64,000 nt of DNA, from positions 45,858-109,857 of the IMG/VR virus record IMGVR_UViG_3300028048_001412; one strand, given 5' to 3'. This document shows, one piece after another, positions 59,320 through 64,000 of this stretch. Source of the DNA: a virus (lineage: Duplodnaviria; Heunggongvirae; Uroviricota; Caudoviricetes). Position numbers and translations under genes: made by a program. Numbering within the stretch: the first letter of the stretch is position 1; the number at the start of each line of letters is the position of its first letter. The notes under the pieces were generated by a model, which saw only the letters and a program-made list of their open reading frames with translations, was not told the DNA's origin and searched no databases.

Positions 59320-59472
59320 ATGAGCAATAAAGAAATAAAATCATATCTTTTAAGACTTCCAAAAGATATATTCAATAAAATAGAAAAAGAAGCAGAAAAG
59401 AATAAGAGAAGTTTTAATAACGAGATATTTTTCAGATTAGAAAAATCACTGGAAACAAAGGATAACAAGTAG
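59320..59472 (+). CDS. Arc-family ribbon-helix-helix DNA-binding protein, 50 aa (not in ORF track)
   Basis: MSNKEIKSYLLRLPKDIFNKIEKEAEKNKRSFNNEIFFRLEKSLETKDNK* matches the Arc pattern LRLP...A..N.RS.N.EI..RLE.SL; GGAGGA RBS. Confidence 0.9.
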   Translation: MSNKEIKSYLLRLPKDIFNKIEKEAEKNKRSFNNEIFFRLEKSLETKDNK

Positions 59473-59474
59473 AT

Positions 59475-59891
59475 ATGAAAACTATAATTATAACAGTTAT
59501 AATTTGTCAACTAATAAGCTTCATAGGTCTTATTATATGGGATAGAACTGGATGTAACGATGAATTATTAATTCTATGTTGTCCTTTATTTATAATTCCT
59601 TTAATAATAATTAGAGAAATAAATGTATTTATTCTTCATAGACCTACAATCAAAGTTCTAAAAAGACATAAAACTGGAACAAGATATGAAATGTGGATTA
59701 ATTATAATAGAAAAACTAAAATTTATGAAGTGGAAATAGAAAAAGAAAATTATGGCATTTGGAATTACAATATACTTTTATATAAAGGTGAGGATAAAAA
59801 AGAAGCAATATCTAAATTCAATGAGTATAAGAGCAAAACAGAAAAAGAATTAGAAGAAATATTCAAAGAGAAGTTTAAAGATGAAGATTAA
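59475..59891 (+). CDS. Membrane-anchored hypothetical protein
   Basis: Two N-terminal hydrophobic helices. Confidence 0.7.
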   Translation: MKTIIITVIICQLISFIGLIIWDRTGCNDELLILCCPLFIIPLIIIREINVFILHRPTIKVLKRHKTGTRYEMWINYNRKTKIYEVEIEKENYGIWNYNILLYKGEDKKEAISKFNEYKSKTEKELEEIFKEKFKDED

Positions 59892-60483
59892 AATTAAACA
59901 TATTTACAGTACTGATTTTATATTATGGCCCATACCGTTTCTTGTCATATTTATTAGCATTATAATTTTAATTATTTTTACAATAAATAAAATTGATAGA
60001 AATCTTTATTTAGATTTATTTTCTCCGTTTAATTATTTTAATGCTGGAGCTACTGATTATGTAAAAGAGAAGTTAGGAATAAATATAAAAATTCAAAATA
60101 ATCCAATTTGGGAGAAAGAAAACACAACGACTATATACATTCCCGAACAATATGAAGACAGAAAATCAGATATAATAAAAACCATAGAAGAATATAAACT
60201 AATATATAATCATAGAATAATAAATACTCAAGAAATAGTTCAAGCCAATATTGTAAGATTAGTTGAAAGAAATAGACATGGATATTTAGGTAGATTTGAA
60301 ACAAGAAAATATGAAATAGAATACAAAGGATTAAAAGGTTATTATATAGAAGAAGCTAGGTCAGAAATATTAGCAAATGCGGGTGGAGATAGACCTTTAG
60401 AATCAGGAGAAAAAGTATGGGCTAGATTAGTTACTGAGAAATATAATGATACAGGTGAAATTGTAAATCAATATTTGAGATAA
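59881..60483 (+). CDS. Bitopic hypothetical protein
   Basis: One N-terminal TM; overlaps the upstream stop codon. Confidence 0.7.
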   Translation: MKIKIKHIYSTDFILWPIPFLVIFISIIILIIFTINKIDRNLYLDLFSPFNYFNAGATDYVKEKLGINIKIQNNPIWEKENTTTIYIPEQYEDRKSDIIKTIEEYKLIYNHRIINTQEIVQANIVRLVERNRHGYLGRFETRKYEIEYKGLKGYYIEEARSEILANAGGDRPLESGEKVWARLVTEKYNDTGEIVNQYLR

Positions 60484-60506
60484 ATATTATAAGGAGGATA
60501 TCATTT

Positions 60507-60665
60507 ATGATAACAATATGTGAAATGTGTAAAAAGAATAAAGAACAATGTAAGTCTAAAAATATTTCTCAATCTTGGAAGGACCTCATAAATAAACCAG
60601 AATGTTTAGATTTTGAACAAAATGAAGAAACTAAAATAGAAAACTTGAAATTTAAAGATAAATAA
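60507..60665 (+). CDS. Small Cys-containing protein, 52 aa (not in ORF track)
   Basis: MITICEMCKKNKEQCKSKNISQSWKDLINKPECLDFEQ...; AAGGAGG RBS; CxxC-x6-C...C. Confidence 0.7.
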   Translation: MITICEMCKKNKEQCKSKNISQSWKDLINKPECLDFEQNEETKIENLKFKDK

Positions 60666-60675
60666 GAGACAATCT

Positions 60676-60718
60676 TATAAAATATTTTATAGTAAATTAC
60701 GATAATTTAAAGTATAAT
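60676..60718 (+). promoter_or_regulatory. Box-type promoter G (perfect palindromic box)
   Basis: TATAAAATATTTTAT-agtaaattacgataatttaaag-TATAAT; 60676-60691 TATAAAATATTTTATA is a perfect palindrome. Confidence 0.7.
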
Positions 60719-60795
60719 ATTATATAAGCATTAAAAATATAAATTGATAAATTATTAAAAATGCTTGGTAAAAATAACAAAAGGAAACAAATGAA

Positions 60796-63033
60796 ATGGC
60801 AAGTAATATAATTAGTGTAGAAATAAATAAACCATATAATGTAAGTCCAATATTATCTTCTAAATCCGCATTTTTAACTTTTGATTATGACCCAAAAATA
60901 GTAGATTATATAAAATCTATTCCTTATAATAAAAGAAGTTATAATCCAAAATTAAGAGAATGGGAGATAGAAGAATCTTTATTACCTAGTCTTATAAAAG
61001 CATTCTCAAATTATCAATTTAGAATTCATAATAAGATTTCAGAAGATGAATCTAATAAAATATTATGTCAAATACCGGAGAATTATAACTTCGGTAATTT
61101 TCAACCTTTTAATTTTCAACGTGAAGCTATTACTAAAGGTATAAATACTAATAATTTATTGCTGGCCGACGATATGGGCTGTATAGATGGTGATGCAATA
61201 ATAGATTTACATACTCCTCGTAAAAAAATTAAATTATCTGATTTATATAAAGAATTTAAAAATAAAAATCCTAAAGATAGATGGAATACTAGAACTTGGA
61301 ATAATCATTTCTTTCAAGATGGAGAAATAATAGACGTTTTAGATTCTGGGATTAAAGAATGTATAAAAATAATTACAGAGACAGGGAGGGAATTAATATT
61401 AACTCCTGATCATAAAATATTTACAGATATTCGTGATTATGATAATGGACATTGGATAGAAGCAAAAGATTCATTAGATAAAAAAATTTTATGTGATAAA
61501 ATATTTCATAAATGGGAAGATAAATTTGAAAAAGTAATAAAAATAGAAAGCGCAGGTAAAAGACAAGTATATGATATAAAAATAAATGAACCATTTCATA
61601 ATTTTTTAGCAAATGGAATAGTCGTTCATAATTGTGGCAAAACGATGGAAGCATATCATATAACTAATATACATAGTCAAAATAAAGTATTGGTAGTAGT
61701 TTGTTCTTCTGTTTTGAAATATAATTGGAAAAAAGAAATATTAAAAATAGATAATGGTGAACAAGCATATATATTAGGAGAAGAAGGAGATACTAAAGGA
61801 AAATTAGAAGATAAAAAGAATGATATTGCTTCTAAAATTACTTTTGCTTCTCCTTATAAATATTTTATTACTAATAAAGAATTATTTTCTAGAAATGAAG
61901 ATGCTTGTAAATTAATTCGAGAAAAAATTAAAATGGGTATTATTGATACTATTGTTATTGATGAGGCTCATTTAGGATTTACTAGTCCAAAAAATAAATT
62001 TTCAAAAGCAATGTTGAAAATGGAACCTAAATATAAAATGATAGTAACTGGAACTCCTATGAAAAATGTTCCTACTGATTTTTATTGTTATCTTAAATGG
62101 TTCGGATTAGTAAATCAAGATTATTGGCATTTTGAAAATGAATTGACTGTTAAAAATGAATGGGGTTCTGTAGTAGAATATGTTCATCCAGAAAAAATAG
62201 CTGAAAAAATAAAACCTTATATGATTAGACGTAAAAAAGAAGAAGTTATTGATGAATTGCCAGAAAGAACATTTGTAAATGAAGTTATTGAAATGACTCC
62301 AGAACATGATAAATTATATAGAAAGATTATAAACGATATAGTTGAAAATAAAAATGAAGGATTAAAAATCAAAGAAAGATTTATGCCTGAACAAGAAACT
62401 ATATTGGGTGAAATAGTTAATGCCCAAAAATGTACTAGTCTTCCTATATGGTGTGATGATAAATTTGATGAAAAGAAAGATAATAAGTTAAAGAGAATAG
62501 AAGAATTATTGGAAACTATTACTCAAGAAGGAAATAAATCAATATTATTTAGTCATTTTACTACCACTACTAATTTTTATAGAGAATATTTTAAGAAATA
62601 TAATCCTGCTTATATTACTGGAGAACTATCAGCTAAAGCAAAATCAGAACAAGAAGATAAATTAAATAATGATGATTCTTGTAAATTATGTATTATAAGC
62701 CAAGCAGGAGGACAGGGATTAAATCTTATTAAAGCTTCTTATTTAATTATGGTAGATTATCCCTGGAATAATTCAAATTACAGTCAGATTATAGATAGAA
62801 CGTATAGAATAGGACAGAAGAAGAATTGCACCGTGATAAATATGATATATAAAGATACAATAGATGAGCAACAATTAGATCTTATAAATAATAGAGGAAT
62901 TATGTCAGAATGTATGGTCAACGGCTCTGAAAAAATAAATGTTAAAAAATTATTACAATCAGTCAAGGCAATAATGAAAAAACAGCTTATAAAAAAGAAA
63001 AGTGTTAAAAGCAGATTTGAAAATGAAAATTAA
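60796..63033 (+). CDS. SNF2-family helicase (phage/HARP-like) interrupted by an intein
   Basis: LLADDMG|CGKT, IVIDEAH, VTGTPMKN, MIRRKKEEV, ILFSHF, AGGQGLNL, QIIDRTYRIGQ. Confidence 0.93.
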   Translation: MASNIISVEINKPYNVSPILSSKSAFLTFDYDPKIVDYIKSIPYNKRSYNPKLREWEIEESLLPSLIKAFSNYQFRIHNKISEDESNKILCQIPENYNFGNFQPFNFQREAITKGINTNNLLLADDMGCIDGDAIIDLHTPRKKIKLSDLYKEFKNKNPKDRWNTRTWNNHFFQDGEIIDVLDSGIKECIKIITETGRELILTPDHKIFTDIRDYDNGHWIEAKDSLDKKILCDKIFHKWEDKFEKVIKIESAGKRQVYDIKINEPFHNFLANGIVVHNCGKTMEAYHITNIHSQNKVLVVVCSSVLKYNWKKEILKIDNGEQAYILGEEGDTKGKLEDKKNDIASKITFASPYKYFITNKELFSRNEDACKLIREKIKMGIIDTIVIDEAHLGFTSPKNKFSKAMLKMEPKYKMIVTGTPMKNVPTDFYCYLKWFGLVNQDYWHFENELTVKNEWGSVVEYVHPEKIAEKIKPYMIRRKKEEVIDELPERTFVNEVIEMTPEHDKLYRKIINDIVENKNEGLKIKERFMPEQETILGEIVNAQKCTSLPIWCDDKFDEKKDNKLKRIEELLETITQEGNKSILFSHFTTTTNFYREYFKKYNPAYITGELSAKAKSEQEDKLNNDDSCKLCIISQAGGQGLNLIKASYLIMVDYPWNNSNYSQIIDRTYRIGQKKNCTVINMIYKDTIDEQQLDLINNRGIMSECMVNGSEKINVKKLLQSVKAIMKKQLIKKKSVKSRFENEN
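61180..61632 (+). mobile_element. Class 1 mini-intein (151 aa)
   Basis: Starts CIDGDA; block B LTPDHKIF; block F VYDI; ends HNFLANGIVVHN; +1 Cys; no LAGLIDADG domain. Confidence 0.92.
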
Positions 63034-64000
63034 TGATGAAAATATTTTAAAAATATTTATAATTAAAAATAATAAAATAAATAGTAATAAATGCAATGAT
63101 AAATGGCTTAATGAAAACATCGAAATTAAAGAATATTTGAAGAACAGATATGGTTATTTTAATGGTAAATATAAAGACGTTATTAATTTAATTAAAAATG
63201 GTTATAAAGAATGGCCTAAATGTAAAACGTGTGGAAAATATTTAAACGATCCTTGTAAAATTAAATATTGTTCTTTCAAATGCTCTAATTCAAATAAAGA
63301 AAAAATAGAAAAAGTTAAGGGTACTTGTTTGGAAAAATTCGGAAGTATTTGTCCTTTTGGAAATGAAAAAATAAAAGAAAAAACCAAACAAACTTGGATT
63401 AAAAATTTAGGAGTAGATCATCCTTCAAAATCAAAAAAAGTTAAAGATAAGATTAAAAATACTAATATTAAAAATTTAGGAGTAGAGAGTCCATTTAAAT
63501 CAAAAGAATGCAGGGAGAAAGCAAAGAAAACTTGTTTAAAAAAATTTGGTGTAGAATACGCTTCTCAATCAGACGATATTAAAAATAAAGTAAAACAAAC
63601 ATGTTTAAAAAATCTAGGAGTAGAATATCCATCTCAGAGCAAAGAAGTAAAAGAGAAGAAAAAACAAACTTATTTGAAAAATTACGGTGTAGATAATCCG
63701 TTTAAATCAAAAGAATGTAGAGAAAAGAGTAAACAAACTTTATTAGAGAAAACCGGATATGAATATAATTCACAAGATCCGAAAAATAAAGAAAAAGTTA
63801 AAAAGACATGGAAAAATAAATCTAAAGGAGAATTACAAAAAATAAGAGAAAAGACCGATAAAACTAATTTGAAAAAATATGGAACTAAAAATATTTTTCA
63901 AAATGAAAAAATAAAAGAAAAAGCAAAACAAACAATATTAAATAAATATAAAGTTGAGAATGTAAGTCAATCAGAAGAGATTAAAAAGAAAAAAGAGAAA
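63023..64000 (+). CDS. Homing-endonuclease-associated repeat protein (Zn finger plus 23-aa repeats); 3' end beyond the window (not in ORF track)
   Basis: Hand translation is open for 326 codons: PKCKTCG...YCSFKC, then ~9 repeats like TCLKNLGVEYPSQSKEVKEKKKQ; overlaps the SNF2 stop by 11 nt; nuclease domain not visible in the window. Confidence 0.75.
   Translation, partial: MKINDENILKIFIIKNNKINSNKCNDKWLNENIEIKEYLKNRYGYFNGKYKDVINLIKNGYKEWPKCKTCGKYLNDPCKIKYCSFKCSNSNKEKIEKVKGTCLEKFGSICPFGNEKIKEKTKQTWIKNLGVDHPSKSKKVKDKIKNTNIKNLGVESPFKSKECREKAKKTCLKKFGVEYASQSDDIKNKVKQTCLKNLGVEYPSQSKEVKEKKKQTYLKNYGVDNPFKSKECREKSKQTLLEKTGYEYNSQDPKNKEKVKKTWKNKSKGELQKIREKTDKTNLKKYGTKNIFQNEKIKEKAKQTILNKYKVENVSQSEEIKKKKEK

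Noticed and set aside
60726-60766. 7-bp inverted repeat AAGCATT...AATGCTT in the SNF2 leader
   Set aside because: A short stem with a long loop is expected by chance at this AT content.
58050-63387. Short minus-strand ORFs within the plus arm (58050, 58574, 59286, 61421, 62107, 62784, 63202)
   Set aside because: They are antisense to well-supported plus-strand genes.
1-64000. Stop-codon recoding (TAG or TGA read-through) as seen in some AT-rich jumbo phages
   Set aside because: Long ORFs tile the window densely in the standard code, and TAG ends genes at sensible positions (for example 31152, 43410 and 59472).
63320-64000. ~69-nt periodicity that could suggest a CRISPR array or DNA tandem repeat
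   Set aside because: The periodicity is conserved at the protein level (23-aa repeat) with synonymous variation, and there is no identical repeat-spacer structure.
1-64000. tRNA, rRNA, IS transposases, integrase, relaxase and virion structural genes
   Set aside because: No GC-rich structured RNA stretches or recognisable DDE, tyrosine-recombinase, HUH, capsid or terminase motifs were seen; very divergent versions cannot be excluded without HMM searches.

Overview
Very AT-rich segment (roughly 20-25% GC by eye, not computed) that reads cleanly in the standard bacterial code, with Firmicutes-type RBSs (AGGAG/GAGGTG). It contains no rRNA, tRNA, housekeeping genes, recognisable virion genes or CRISPR array. 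It looks like part of a very large extrachromosomal element (conjugative megaplasmid or phage-like giant element), probably of a Lachnospiraceae/Clostridia-type host. Positions 1-56,338 form one co-oriented minus-strand arm. It encodes an atypical Gram-positive type IV secretion/conjugation-like apparatus: a VirB4-like ATPase, an FtsK/TcpA-like membrane ATPase, a second 1316-aa FtsK/HerA/VirD4-like ATPase, an extended VirB6-like protein, paralogous pilin-like membrane proteins, NlpC/P60 and DPBB-like wall hydrolases, lipoproteins, degenerate MinD/ParA-like proteins and a surface EndA-like nuclease. The arm also carries an intein-containing AAA ATPase, a MoxR-AAA/VWA-metallopeptidase pair, an LRR protein and a 505-aa protein with family-A-polymerase-like motifs beside the strand switch. 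The plus-strand arm begins with a sigma-70-like gene that appears to lack region 4.2, followed by membrane proteins, an Arc-type repressor, an intein-containing SNF2 helicase and a homing-endonuclease-like repeat protein. The clearest new signal lies in the DNA itself: seven intergenic sites share a near-palindromic 15-bp box (consensus TATAATATATTTTAT) exactly 22 nt upstream of a perfect TATAAT, with no canonical -35, which suggests an element-specific regulon. All protein assignments come from motif recognition by eye, without database searches.
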